Below, in pieces: positions 30,085 to 41,400 of a stretch of 47,782 nucleotides of DNA. The position numbers and the translations under genes are program-made. The number at the start of each line of letters is the position of its first letter. Positions within the stretch are counted from its first letter, which is position 1. This DNA comes from Oculatellaceae cyanobacterium bins.114 (GTDB lineage Bacteria > Cyanobacteriota > Cyanobacteriia > Elainellales > Elainellaceae), in NCBI GenBank assembly GCA_033764315.1, contig JANRJA010000186.1, positions 1 to 47,782 on the forward strand. Direction: 5' to 3'. The notes below the pieces were generated by a model. The model was given only the letters and a program-made list of their open reading frames with translations, was not told where the DNA came from and ran no database searches.

Positions 30085-31487
30085 AAGGATGCCTTTTCCT
30101 GGGTAGGGTTAGACAGGTTAGGGCAAAACAGGTGAGGTTTGCGCAATCCCTGGAAACTCAGAGCTACCAACAACAGCGTCCGGCTACAGGTGATGGCGGT
30201 AAACATACTCATTCCAACCCCGATGGCCAACGTCAAAGCAAACCCTTTAACCAAGCCTGCCCCCAACCAAAACAATGCAGCACAGGCAATTAGAGTGGTG
30301 ACATTGCTATCTAAAATGCTAGAAAACGCTCGGTAAAAGCCAGATTCTACTGAACGATAGAGGGTTTTACCCGCTCGCAGTTCTTCACGCATGCGTTCAA
30401 AAATCAGGACGTTTGCATCCACTGCCATGCCAATACTCAAAATAAAACCTGCAATCCCCGGTAGAGTCAGGGTCACCCCCAACAGGTTAAAGGTGGCAAA
30501 GGTCAAAGTGGCATAAATCACTAACGCCAAGTCAGCAATAATACCCGGTAACCGATAGTAAACAGCCATGAAGATCAGCACCAACAGCAACCCACCCAAA
30601 CCAGCATAGATACTACTTTGAATACTGTCGCGTCCTAAGGTTGCGCCAACGGTGCGGTTTTCGACCACCTCAACCGGAACAGGCAATGCACCACCCATTA
30701 ACTGCACTGAGAGATCGATCGCCCGTTCGCTGTTAAAGCCACCCGTGATGCTGGCTCCACCTCCTGTAATTCCGGTTTCGGCATAACGAGCTTCTACCGT
30801 CGGGGCACTCAACAGGCGATCGTCTAAAAAGATGCCTAACCCGCGTCCGGTACCTGCAATGCTCTTAGTGAGTTCGGCAAATTCAGCGGCTCCTTGATCG
30901 TTAAACTCTAAGCCAACCTGCCAGGTATCGCCATTCAAAGGTGCTGCATAGGCGGTTTTGAGCTTATCTCCGGTTAACTCGGTCTTATCAAACAGAGCCG
31001 CGATCGCTTGATCACTGCGACGTAGAGACTCCTGATTTTTTGCGATCGCCTCTTGATCGCTACTCTCTTTTAGTCGTTCTTGTTCTGCCAATAAATCTTG
31101 GCGAACCTGAAACTCAATTCCTAATTGAGCTTCGGTGCCCTGGCGTTGTGATCGAAAGTCAAGTTGGGCCGTGCCTCCCAAAACTCGTTCTGCCTGTTCT
31201 GGATCACTCACACCCGGCAACTGCACTAGCAGTTGATCTTCTCCGACCGTTTGGACAACCGCCTCCGAGACGCCTAAGCCATTAACCCGATTTTCAACCA
31301 CTTGCTGAACGCCTTCTAGTTTCTCAGGCGTAATGACGGGTACTGCCGGGGTCGTCTTGACCTGGAGAGTCAGTTGCGTTCCACCTTGTAAATCAAGCCC
31401 TAAGCGTGTTGGAAACTTGGCGATCGCCCCAACAGCCGCTAGTGACAATATCAAAATGAGGGCTAAAAGTAACCGTTGTCTTCCCAT
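30081..31487 (-). CDS. secD: Protein translocase subunit SecD
   Basis: [30 protein letters not shown]. Confidence 0.96.
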   Translation of the reverse strand: MGRQRLLLALILILSLAAVGAIAKFPTRLGLDLQGGTQLTLQVKTTPAVPVITPEKLEGVQQVVENRVNGLGVSEAVVQTVGEDQLLVQLPGVSDPEQAERVLGGTAQLDFRSQRQGTEAQLGIEFQVRQDLLAEQERLKESSDQEAIAKNQESLRRSDQAIAALFDKTELTGDKLKTAYAAPLNGDTWQVGLEFNDQGAAEFAELTKSIAGTGRGLGIFLDDRLLSAPTVEARYAETGITGGGASITGGFNSERAIDLSVQLMGGALPVPVEVVENRTVGATLGRDSIQSSIYAGLGGLLLVLIFMAVYYRLPGIIADLALVIYATLTFATFNLLGVTLTLPGIAGFILSIGMAVDANVLIFERMREELRAGKTLYRSVESGFYRAFSSILDSNVTTLIACAALFWLGAGLVKGFALTLAIGVGMSMFTAITCSRTLLLVALSFQGLRKPHLFCPNLSNPTQEKASL

Positions 31488-31796
31488 ATGACCATTGCTC
31501 CATTAACCGCTATCATAGCCGGATTTGTACGGGTTAATGGCAAGGTGTTATTGAGAGCTAGATCAGACAAGACTTAAAAATCATCCTATTGGTATAGTCA
31601 ATGTGCCAGACCGCACTTGTTCTCACAAGAGACTTTTGATATAAAATCCTATCAATAGTAGGGTGTTGTTCTTAAGCACCCTTATGACCCTAAGACGAGG
31701 ATCATTGAGACCCCATTGATATTGCGATCGCATGTATTGTGGTGGCTACTCATTCCTCAACGCTCTAAAAACTACAAGCAGACTAGAGAGAACACA

Positions 31797-32396
31797 ATGG
31801 CATTTGTACAACCCCCCCTTCCTTTTGCGACTGATGCTCTAGAACCCTACGGAATGAAGGCTGAAACATTTGAGTATCATTATGGCAAGCACCACAAAGC
31901 CTACGTTGATAACCTCAACAAGTTGACCGAAGGTACGGAGTTGGCTGATAAATCTCTTGAGGAAGTTATTCAAGTCTCATTCAAAGACTCCGCTAAAGCG
32001 GGCATTTTCAACAACGCCGCTCAAGTCTGGAACCATACCTTCTTTTGGAACAGCTTAAAAGCCGGTGGCGGTGGTGTACCAACGGGTGATATCGCTGCAA
32101 AAATCGATAGTGCCTTTGGTAGCTATGACAAGTTTAAGCAAGAGTTCAGCAATGCAGCAGCTACTCAGTTTGGGAGTGGTTGGGCATGGTTGATTCAAGA
32201 TGGCGATAGCTTGAAAGTCATCAAAACCCCGAATGCCGAAAACCCATTGGCGTATGGTCAGAAAGCATTGTTGACCCTCGATGTTTGGGAACACGCCTAC
32301 TACATTGATTTCCGTAATGCCCGCCCAGCCTTCATCAGCAACTTCCTCGATCGCTTGGTCAACTGGGATTTTGTAGCTGCAAACCTCGCCGCCTAA
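31797..32396 (+). CDS. sodB: Superoxide dismutase [Fe]
   Basis: HYGKHH, AAQVWNH (Fe type), QFGSGW, DVWEHAYY. Confidence 0.95.
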   Translation: MAFVQPPLPFATDALEPYGMKAETFEYHYGKHHKAYVDNLNKLTEGTELADKSLEEVIQVSFKDSAKAGIFNNAAQVWNHTFFWNSLKAGGGGVPTGDIAAKIDSAFGSYDKFKQEFSNAAATQFGSGWAWLIQDGDSLKVIKTPNAENPLAYGQKALLTLDVWEHAYYIDFRNARPAFISNFLDRLVNWDFVAANLAA

Positions 32397-32578
32397 CCGT
32401 AAGCTGTTGTCAGTTGGGTTGAGCGTTTGTAACCCTCAACCAACCCTAAACCGTTAGGTTTCAAAGGCTCTACCCACTTACTTCACCCACCTTACATCTT
32501 TGAACTCCGCCTCCCTATCGTTGTTTAACCTCAACAATAGAGTTTAGGAGAGGAGAGTTTAGGAGAGTTTAGGTCTTG

Positions 32579-32610
32579 AAACAGCCACTACTTAAGACGT
32601 GGCTGTTTTT
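32579..32610 (+). terminator. Rho-independent terminator
   Basis: AAACAGCCAC-N10-GTGGCTGTTTTT. Confidence 0.7.
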
Positions 32611-32647
32611 GATTTTCAGTTCTGTTTGAATCCTTTTAACACCCCTT

Positions 32648-32860
32648 ATGGACAGTCAAGAACTCGCTCACTTTATCGAAGCCACGGGTGGCACGTTTAA
32701 ACCCTGGCTGCTGGCACAGCTCCGTTTAGCCAAACTCAAAGAGCAAAAACAAGCTGGGGAACTGTCTGACGATGACTATGAAAGCGCGATCGCTGACCTG
32801 CATCAAGATGTCATGAATTTGGGAGAATGGTGGCGTGGCATCGAAGATGAGGTCTTTTGA
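32648..32860 (+). CDS. Small conserved cyanobacterial hypothetical protein
   Basis: KPWLL.QLRL.KL...DLHQD.MNLGEWW pattern. Confidence 0.7.
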   Translation: MDSQELAHFIEATGGTFKPWLLAQLRLAKLKEQKQAGELSDDDYESAIADLHQDVMNLGEWWRGIEDEVF

Positions 32861-33015
32861 AGATGAGGTCTTTTGGAGTGGTAAACCCAAATCGTAGATC
32901 ATTACTCAAGCCTTAACCAGTTCTTTGATTTATTCTGCTACTGTAACCAAAATCCCTATATCGATTTGTTACCGCAATATATCCTGTTGTTACCAGGTTA
33001 GTGCCCGCCAAATGT

Positions 33016-35196
33016 ATGCCTAAAACGAAAAGAACACCCTCTGAAACTGACCTAAAAGACTCTCAGTACTATTTCAGCCGTGAGTTGAGTTGGCTAGAGT
33101 TTAACAACCGCGTCTTACATGAAGCGTTCGACCCCCGCACCCCACTGATAGAGCGATTAAAATTCATTGCTATTTTTAGTAGCAACTTAGATGAATACTT
33201 CATGGTGCGAGTCGCCGCACTCAAACAACAGGTTGAAGCAGAGGTCGTTAAGGTATCTCCAGATGGTCGAACGGCACAGGAACAACTAGATGCCATTAGT
33301 CAGCGATTGCGCCCTATGGTGGCTCAACAACATCGCCATTTTGATCAAGCTTTGCGCCCCCAACTCGCCGCCAAGGGGATCTACCTGCTCGATTATGTCG
33401 ATCTCAATCAAGAACAGCGACTTTATCTGCAAAGCTATTTTGAAGAGCGCATCTTTCCTGTACTAACGCCATTGGCAGTCGATCCGGGGCACCCCTTTCC
33501 CTATATCTCTAACCTCAGCTTAAACCTGGCAGTCGTCGTCAAAGACGCTGAAACAGAAGAAGAGCACTTTGCGCGAGTCAAGGTGCCCAAGACCCTACCT
33601 CGGTTTGTGCCGTTGCCAGAAGATTTGCGACTGCGTTATAAAAACCGTCCTGCCCCTTGGACAGGGGTTTCGTTAGAACAGGTGATTGCCCACAACCTGG
33701 AATTTCTCTTTCCAGGTATGAATATTCAGGAATATCATCCCTTTCGCATTACTCGAAATGCGGATTTAGAGGTCGAAGAAGATGAAGCCGATGACCTGAT
33801 GTTGGCGATCGAGCAAGAGTTGCGTAAACGCCGCTTTGGTGGGTCAGTTGTGCGAATGGAGATTTATACCTCGATGCCAGAGGGAATTCGCAAAACCTTA
33901 GTCCAAGAGATGGGGCTGCAATCCAACGATGTTTATGAAGTAGAAGGGCTGCTGTGTTTGAGTGATTTGATGTCATTCATGGAGTTGCCCTTGTCGGAGT
34001 TGAAAGACCCCGCGTGGACGCCTGTAACCCACCCACTGTTGCGAAACTTGATGGATGCAGAAGAAGAGGAAGAAACTTCTGATGTTGAGGAAGATTTTTT
34101 CTCCATTATTCGCAAGCAAGACTTTATGGTGCACCATCCGTACCATTCCTTTGCCTCATCTGTGCAAAAGTTTATTACTCAAGCAGCTTATGACCCCAAT
34201 GTCTTGACCATCAAAATGACGCTCTATCGCACCTCAGGCGATTCCCCCATTGTTAATGCCCTGATTGCAGCGGCGGAGAATGGCAAGCAAGTGGCGGTAT
34301 TAGTGGAGCTAAAAGCACGCTTTGATGAAGAGAACAACATTAACTGGGCACGCAAGTTAGAGAAGGTGGGCGTTCATGTAGTGTATGGCTTGGTGGGGTT
34401 AAAGACCCATACCAAATTGGTTTTGGTGGTGCGTCGTGAAGAAAATCGCATTCGCCGTTATGTCCATGTGGGCACGGGTAATTACAATCCCAAAACCGCT
34501 CGTCTCTATACCGATTTAGGCTTATTTAGCTGCCGTGAAGAGTTGGGGGCAGATCTAACAGATTTGTTCAATCACTTAACGGGCTATTCTCGGCAACAGT
34601 CTTATCGCAAGCTCTTGGTAGCTCCGGTAAACTTGCGCGATCGCATGATTGATCTCATTCATCGTGAAATTGAGCACTGCAAGGCCGGTCATCACGCCCG
34701 CATTGTTGCCAAAATGAATGCCCTGGTTGACCCGACCATCATTGTGGCTTTGTATGAGGCGTCTCAAGCGGGTGTAGAGATTGATCTGATTGTGCGTGGA
34801 ATTTGTTGTCTCAGACCGGGGCTAAAAGGTGTTAGTGAGACCATTCGCGTGGTTAGCATTGTGGGTCGTTTTCTAGAACACTCCCGTATTTTTTACTTCA
34901 ACAACAACGGCAACGATGAGGTGTTTATCGGCAGTGCCGACTGGATGCCCCGCAACTTAGACCGACGAGTTGAAGCGGTGACCCCAGTTGATGATCCGGC
35001 GATCGCCAAAGACTTGCAAGAAATCTTGGGCATCATGTTGTCTGACAATCGCCAAGCCTGGGATTTGCAACCCGATGGTCGCTATATTCAACGTCGCCCC
35101 AACCCTCAAGACGCTGAGCAAAGTTCTCAAAAAATCTTTATGGAGATGGCGCAACAGGCGAGTGTCACTACAAGTAGTAGTGAATTGAAGCATTGA
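33016..35196 (+). CDS. ppk1: Polyphosphate kinase 1
   Basis: RELSWLEFN.RVL, HHPYHSF, LKTHTK, RFLEHSRI, SADWMPRN. Confidence 0.97.
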   Translation: MPKTKRTPSETDLKDSQYYFSRELSWLEFNNRVLHEAFDPRTPLIERLKFIAIFSSNLDEYFMVRVAALKQQVEAEVVKVSPDGRTAQEQLDAISQRLRPMVAQQHRHFDQALRPQLAAKGIYLLDYVDLNQEQRLYLQSYFEERIFPVLTPLAVDPGHPFPYISNLSLNLAVVVKDAETEEEHFARVKVPKTLPRFVPLPEDLRLRYKNRPAPWTGVSLEQVIAHNLEFLFPGMNIQEYHPFRITRNADLEVEEDEADDLMLAIEQELRKRRFGGSVVRMEIYTSMPEGIRKTLVQEMGLQSNDVYEVEGLLCLSDLMSFMELPLSELKDPAWTPVTHPLLRNLMDAEEEEETSDVEEDFFSIIRKQDFMVHHPYHSFASSVQKFITQAAYDPNVLTIKMTLYRTSGDSPIVNALIAAAENGKQVAVLVELKARFDEENNINWARKLEKVGVHVVYGLVGLKTHTKLVLVVRREENRIRRYVHVGTGNYNPKTARLYTDLGLFSCREELGADLTDLFNHLTGYSRQQSYRKLLVAPVNLRDRMIDLIHREIEHCKAGHHARIVAKMNALVDPTIIVALYEASQAGVEIDLIVRGICCLRPGLKGVSETIRVVSIVGRFLEHSRIFYFNNNGNDEVFIGSADWMPRNLDRRVEAVTPVDDPAIAKDLQEILGIMLSDNRQAWDLQPDGRYIQRRPNPQDAEQSSQKIFMEMAQQASVTTSSSELKH

Positions 35197-35278
35197 TATA
35201 GCAATCCCAAATGGGTTGTAAGAAGCGCACCCCGTTGAGACAACTCCCTAATCTTACAAATGATTTAGGACTGCTATA
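35197..35278. repeat. TATAGC-family MITE-like element immediately after the ppk1 stop
   Basis: TATAGCAATCCCAAATGGGTTGTAAG...CTTACAAATGATTTAGGACTGCTATA. Confidence 0.8.
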
Positions 35279-35378
35279 GAGAATAGGTAGTGAGCCATCG
35301 GGAATGGGAAGTAGAGACTAGAGAAGAGGAATTGTAATTTTTTGAGCACTGTAACAGTTGCGTTTGTGACAGTTGCGT

Positions 35379-35428
35379 TATAGCAACAAGGGGCTTTAAG
35401 CCCCTTGTCCTAGAAATGTTTGGCTATA
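35379..35428. repeat. Short TATAGC...GCTATA element with ACAAGGGGCTTTAAGCCCCTTGT hairpin (may act as terminator)
   Basis: Near-perfect palindrome between the convergent ppk1 and adhesin genes. Confidence 0.65.
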
Positions 35429-35440
35429 GCGATGCCAACC

Positions 35441-38400
35441 CTAACGGAGAACAAAATCGCTCACAGTCAGGGCAGGTTGATTAGCGAGAATAGCAAACAA
35501 GCCGCCCCTACCTAACCCTGCCGCTGCGCCATTCTCGTTATAGAGCAAGCTTCCGGTCGTCGAGTTATAGACAAGTTTGGCCCCTAGACCTGCCGCCGCC
35601 CCATTAGAAGGTGCACTAATGACTGCAAATGTGTTTGCAGTCAGCATCCCTGCTGTTGATCCAGTGAGTGCCTGGAAACTCTGCTGGCTAAGAACAATTT
35701 TGTCTCCTTCGGCGTTGCTAAAGTCACGAATCGTATCCACCCCAAAGTCTCTATTAAACTTTTGAGTTGATGTAAAGACAAACTGATCAGCTCCTGAAGC
35801 ACCGACCAGAGTATCGTTTCCGACACCGCCATCCAACCAATCGTCACCAGCACCACCCCGCAACAGGTCATCCCCCTGAAAGCCTCTAACCTGATCGTTG
35901 CCGCCTTGAGCATTGATCACATCATTGGATGCATCGCGTCCACTGATAACATTGTTGCGATCGTTTAAGAAAGTGACGGTGTTGCGGCTCGCGACCCTGC
36001 CACGTGTGAAGTTAGCATTGACAACATCGAAGCTATCTTGCACGGTGGTCTGCCCGTCAAACAAGATGTTGGCGATATTTACTTTGCCTCCAGTTAAGCG
36101 TTTCAGGTTATCTAAATTCTCTAAGGCAAAGTCTTTTAGCGTGACTTGAGTATTGGCAACTCCCTCAAAGGTCAATTCCAGGTCGCTGCCCGTTTGGGTC
36201 AACACTAAATTGCGGGCTGTCAGTCCTGCTCCTTGGAATTGCAGGGTATCTGCCTCTTGCAGTAGCGGCTCAGTTGGAGTCCCTCCCTGACCAACACCCC
36301 CGAAATCAGCAATTACGTCGCTGCCCCCGTTAGCTCCGATGACAAAGCGATCTTGTCCGCCATTGCCGACAAAGCGATCGCTGCCAGAACCCCCCACAAA
36401 GACATCGTTGCCTGCTGTGCCGATGTAGTTTTTGTAAATCACATCGACTGTGACGTTACCGATCGCCACTCCCCGGTTGGCGTCTTGAGCCACATAAGCA
36501 AACTCATCTGTGCCACTAAAGCCAACATTAGGGGTGTAAGTGACCGTTCCATCTGCATTGAGGACAACCTGACCATTGGCAGGTTGAAACACCGCAGACA
36601 CGTTGAGCGCATCGCCATCCGCATCGGTATCGTTTGCCAACACGTTAATGATCAGCGAGCCAGCATCCAACAGAATCACACTATCCTGGTTAGCAACAGG
36701 AGACGTGTTTTGCAGATTGGGACGATCGATCGGATCTTTAACAAAGGCGTCCGATAGTTGTTGAGTTAGTGCACTCCCTGTGTTTTCGGCGATCGCCTCT
36801 GCAATCGGTTTTGTCCCATCAGCCACGGCTTGTAAGTCGCTAGCCACCTCACCCTGAGCCACCTTTTGCACTTTGGCAATTGCGATGGCTTGCTCACGCA
36901 ATGACAGGGGACTTGCCAAAATGCCATCAATTCGTTGACTCTGCTCTACCAGCAAATTCACAACACCCGTGAGAATGGCTGGATTGAGGGTTGTGTTGAG
37001 AGAATTTAGGAGACTTTGGACTTGCGTTGCATCGCTGAAATTTACTGGGGCAGAAAACAGGGTGGCGATCGCATCTATTGCCCGATTAGCAACCTCCAAG
37101 TCAGATTGGGCTGACCCTCCTTTGAGTAACCGCGAGATTTGCACGATCAGGTTTTGCACCCGTGCCTGAGCCGCAAAGACTTGAATGCCGTTGACATCTC
37201 CAGTGGCGATCGCTTGTAGGGCGTCATACTGATTCAAATCAAGGCTAGTGGGCAGTCCCAATGCCACATTGACCTGAGTCTCAGCCTGCTCGACCGTTTC
37301 ACCATCACCGACCCGCTCAGCAATGATCGTGGTGAGAGGCGTGATAGTCGTTGCCCCAATCACCGCTGTGAGGGGCGTTATCTGAGGCAACAACGTTGAG
37401 GTATCCACCCCATCTATGAACACTAATCTGCCTTCTGAGGGGTCAATCACTCCATTTTCGTTGAAATCGAAATCGGGTAAAGGAACAACCAAATCAAAAG
37501 AACCATCTCGATTGGTGAAGGTAAACGGTTCAGTGGCTTCTTGAATGCCGTTAAAGTTGGCATCTAAGAACACCGTTGCGCCAGCCAAGTATGGGTCAAT
37601 TCCCGCGCCTTGGAAGCTAGAACCACTTGCCCCGATGCTAAAGTTTGCCAGTTGGAAGGTGGCTAGATTCGTTTCGTAGACTGTGTTTCCGGCAAGCAGC
37701 ACTTCAGCACCCACAAAGGCAGAGAGCGATCCATCCAGATCAAACAGTTCCCAGGGAGCAGTGGTTAAGCGGGGCATGATTTCTGAAAAGTGGATATTGC
37801 CGTCGCTGGTGCCCTCTGGTTCGCCTTCATCCACCAAGTCAACGCCTACAACCCCTCGAATTCCCCCATAAATATAGCCACTCAGCACCGTGACACTCAG
37901 CCCTAACCCCAGTGCCAAACTGGCATCAAAGGTCAGTTCGGGTTTGTCTTCACCGTCCGCGTTCCAATCACGCAAAAAGAAGCCATCAAAGGGCAACACA
38001 ATATCAGCAGGATCCGTGGAGAAATTGGTATCGCGCCATCGCAATAAGCCTGACGTATCAAACCCAAACCCCAATTCAGCCGATGCTGAAAACTTGCCCT
38101 TGAGCAACCCATTAATACCGCCGATGTTGGGAATACTGAAAATTGGGAATTCTTGCGTGCGCTCAAATTCGATCGCTAACTCTGGTAAATCGTAGGTAAA
38201 CAGAGTGACGGGCTGCCCCAAGATCATTTGAGCAGTGGATTCTGGGTCAGTCAAGATGGGCAGATCCAAGCCATCTAATTGTTGAAAGCTCTGGATTAAT
38301 GCGTCGGTGATATTTCCAACGAGATCGACCCTATTATCGGTGCGGGTGAGATTGGCGGTGTAGATGCTGCCGTCGGGGTTTGTTGCGTCAAATCCCTCTA

Positions 38401-41400
38401 ATTCATAGGAACCCCGATCCAACACGATGGAGGTGCCTTTTGGTAGGTCAGCAGCTTGATCAATCACTCTATCGAGTGCAATGATTGCCCTTATCAAAGC
38501 TGGATTGAACCTGCTGTCGGGTGACAAAGAAGCAACTTTTTCAGCAAGTTCCAGCAGCGTTACCTTGCCATCTCCATCTCCATCAAACCGTCTCCCTAAG
38601 CTGTTAGAGATCTGATAGAAGATTTTTGTATCAGTCTCCAGTGCTTGTAAGATGGGACGGAGCGGCTTGAGAACAGGGTTAATTGCATCAACAATGGGCT
38701 TGATGAAATTAGTAGCAAAGGTGCCAATATCTAAACCACTGTTATTGAGGGCAATGGTGGGGACTTGCACGTTGGTTAACTGACCGTCGGCATCATAACT
38801 CAGGGGAGTCCAATCGGCAGAGAGGTCGCCCACGAAACCAGGAATATTGGGGTTGTTGCTGTTGCTAAAGTTAGTTCGCAAATGTAAGCCCAAGTTTGCG
38901 TCACCTGTGGTGGTCGCATCAAACAAATCCCTTACTTGAAAGGGAGTTTGCAGTTCTTGCAACGTGATGCGATCGCCATCATTTGCTCCACCGAGAATAT
39001 TATCAATGTCCTTGAGTGTGGCATTGAAGTTGAGGTTAACGCGGGTCGGATCAGTGGGGTCATTAGTAAAGGTATAGGGCAAGAAACCAAGCGACCCATT
39101 GGCAGCAAATCCATTGGCTAACGTAGTGTTAATCGTTGCCCCAATGCTGGTTTGGGTAGTGTCGATAAAAAATCGCTGAGTTGAGTTAACCCCAAACGCC
39201 AAATTGAGATCATAGTCAAACTTGACATCTGCCATGCCGCTCAGGTCAATGCCCAGAGCAGGTAGTCCCAAGCCATCTTTTAAGGCATCTTTGATCGAGA
39301 AGGAATCGCCCAGATTGATTTGGAAAGTGGTATCTTCCGAGGAACTGTCACTTGTGACCTGCACATTGGGGAAGAAAGGTATGATGGCATCGGTAAGAAT
39401 TTGCTGTAGCTCAAGTTGAGTCGGCGATCCAGCGGATCTGACTCGATTCACAACGCTTCTACTAAATCGCTCAATAAACGCAGGTGCAAAGTCTTGAACC
39501 TGTCCTACTAACGGCAAATCGATGGAGAGTAAGCTCTGTTCTAGAATGTTTTGCAACTGCTCAAAGGTTGCAGATAAGCCATTGGCAATATCACTGCCCC
39601 GCAGAGTGCGATCGCGAATGTTAACCCTGACATCTGGAATAGCGCGAACAGCCGCCGTTTGATAACTCGGATCATCGCTTTCCAGAGTATGGCGAATGAC
39701 GCTGCTGTGAGGGGCTTCGGCGATGCTGTCATCGATCGCTTTGACGATGACGACTTGGGGTGTTTTCCAGTTATCAGCCGTAAAGGTAATGGGGTCAATG
39801 AGAACCAGTTGGTCATCCGTAGCAAAGTTGATGATGACATCACTCTCTGGCTGACTCGTCACGATCACTTGATAGCTGTCAAATCTGCCGCCTTCGGTGA
39901 CATTCGTGCTGCCGTTGGTTTGAACGATTTGTACCCCGGCCTTATCGGTGTCACTAATAAAGATACTATCGCTAGAACTGGTGCCAATTTGATAACCAGA
40001 ACCCGCCTCTAGCGTCAAGCTCAGCCGCTCATTTACTTCAGGATTGGCTTCTTCAATCCCATCATCGACGGAATCGATCGTAATGGTTTCACCCGACTCG
40101 CCTGCTGGAATCACCACTTGATTAAACAGGGGAAGATAATCATTGGGTTGAACCGTGCCCCCCACGCGGTAATTGACTCTCAACCCCCCTTCTGGAGCAA
40201 CCTGATTGTCATTCAACACCACTTGAAAAACGCCCTGCACCTGGCTCTCTTCGCTGGCGTTGCCAATCGCTTGGATAGAGACTGTTGGCAGATCATCATC
40301 CGCGATCGCCACAGGGGTTTGAGTCGGAACGAGATTGCGATAGAGCGGGTCATCACTGCGAACGGTATAGCTAAGGATGCTGGTGTGTGCACCTTCGATC
40401 GCCGTATCATTGACCGCACTCACACTGACCGTTTGAGCCGCAAAATTTTCGGGGGTAAAGGTAAGCGTGATTGGTTGTCCGGTTCCGGCTCCCAGATCTA
40501 CTTGATCATCGGGAGTAATGGTTAAGTCAACCGCACTGGTGGGTGCAGTAGATAGCTCAATCTGGTAAGTATCAGCCGTACCCCCTTCTGTAACGGATAA
40601 GTTGCCCTTGTTAAACAGGATATTGGGGATGTCATTATCGGCGTTGACCACGTCAATCGTGGCGATCGGGTCGAGCAACCCCAGATCAGGATTACCATAC
40701 GCTGCATCGGTGTCACTGCTGACGGTTGCTGTAATCTGATAGGGTTGTGCACCATCCGCAATGTCATCATTTACACCCCTCACGATCACCGTTTGAGAAA
40801 TGTCCCAATTCTCTTGAGTAAACACAACTGACGGGGTCAATAATCGACCTTCTCCGACGTTGGAGCTGACCAGATTGACACTCACAGATCCTACAGGTTG
40901 GCTCTTGAGGGCAACCGTAAAGCTCCCTTCTCCCTCTGATTCACTCGTGTTTAGAGCCACAGGGGAGAGAATCACGCCAGCGCGATCGTTGTCTATAATC
41001 GTCAAGTTTGCAGTGTCTACATCACCAACCCCATACCCTCTTCCGGGTGTGAGTTGCAAAGCCAGGGTTTCACTGCCTTCTGCGATTTGGTCGTTTTGCA
41101 ATGCCACGTTGATCCGGGCGGTTGTTTGCCCTGCCAGCACGACGACATTACCGATCGTGTAATCGACCCCATTTGTGGCAGTACTCGTGTCGAGGATTTG
41201 ATAAGTAATGGTGAGATTTTCTAGCGGGGCTTCTGACAGCACTAGCTCAAACTGAGCACTGCCATTTTCTACAGTTTCTACAGAGGTGTTGACAAAGCTA
41301 ACTTTGACTGGAACTTCATCATCAGTAATCGTTAACTTGGCAGATGATTGGGTTGGAATAACACCGTAGTCCTGGAGTTGACCGTTAGCACCGGGTCGAT

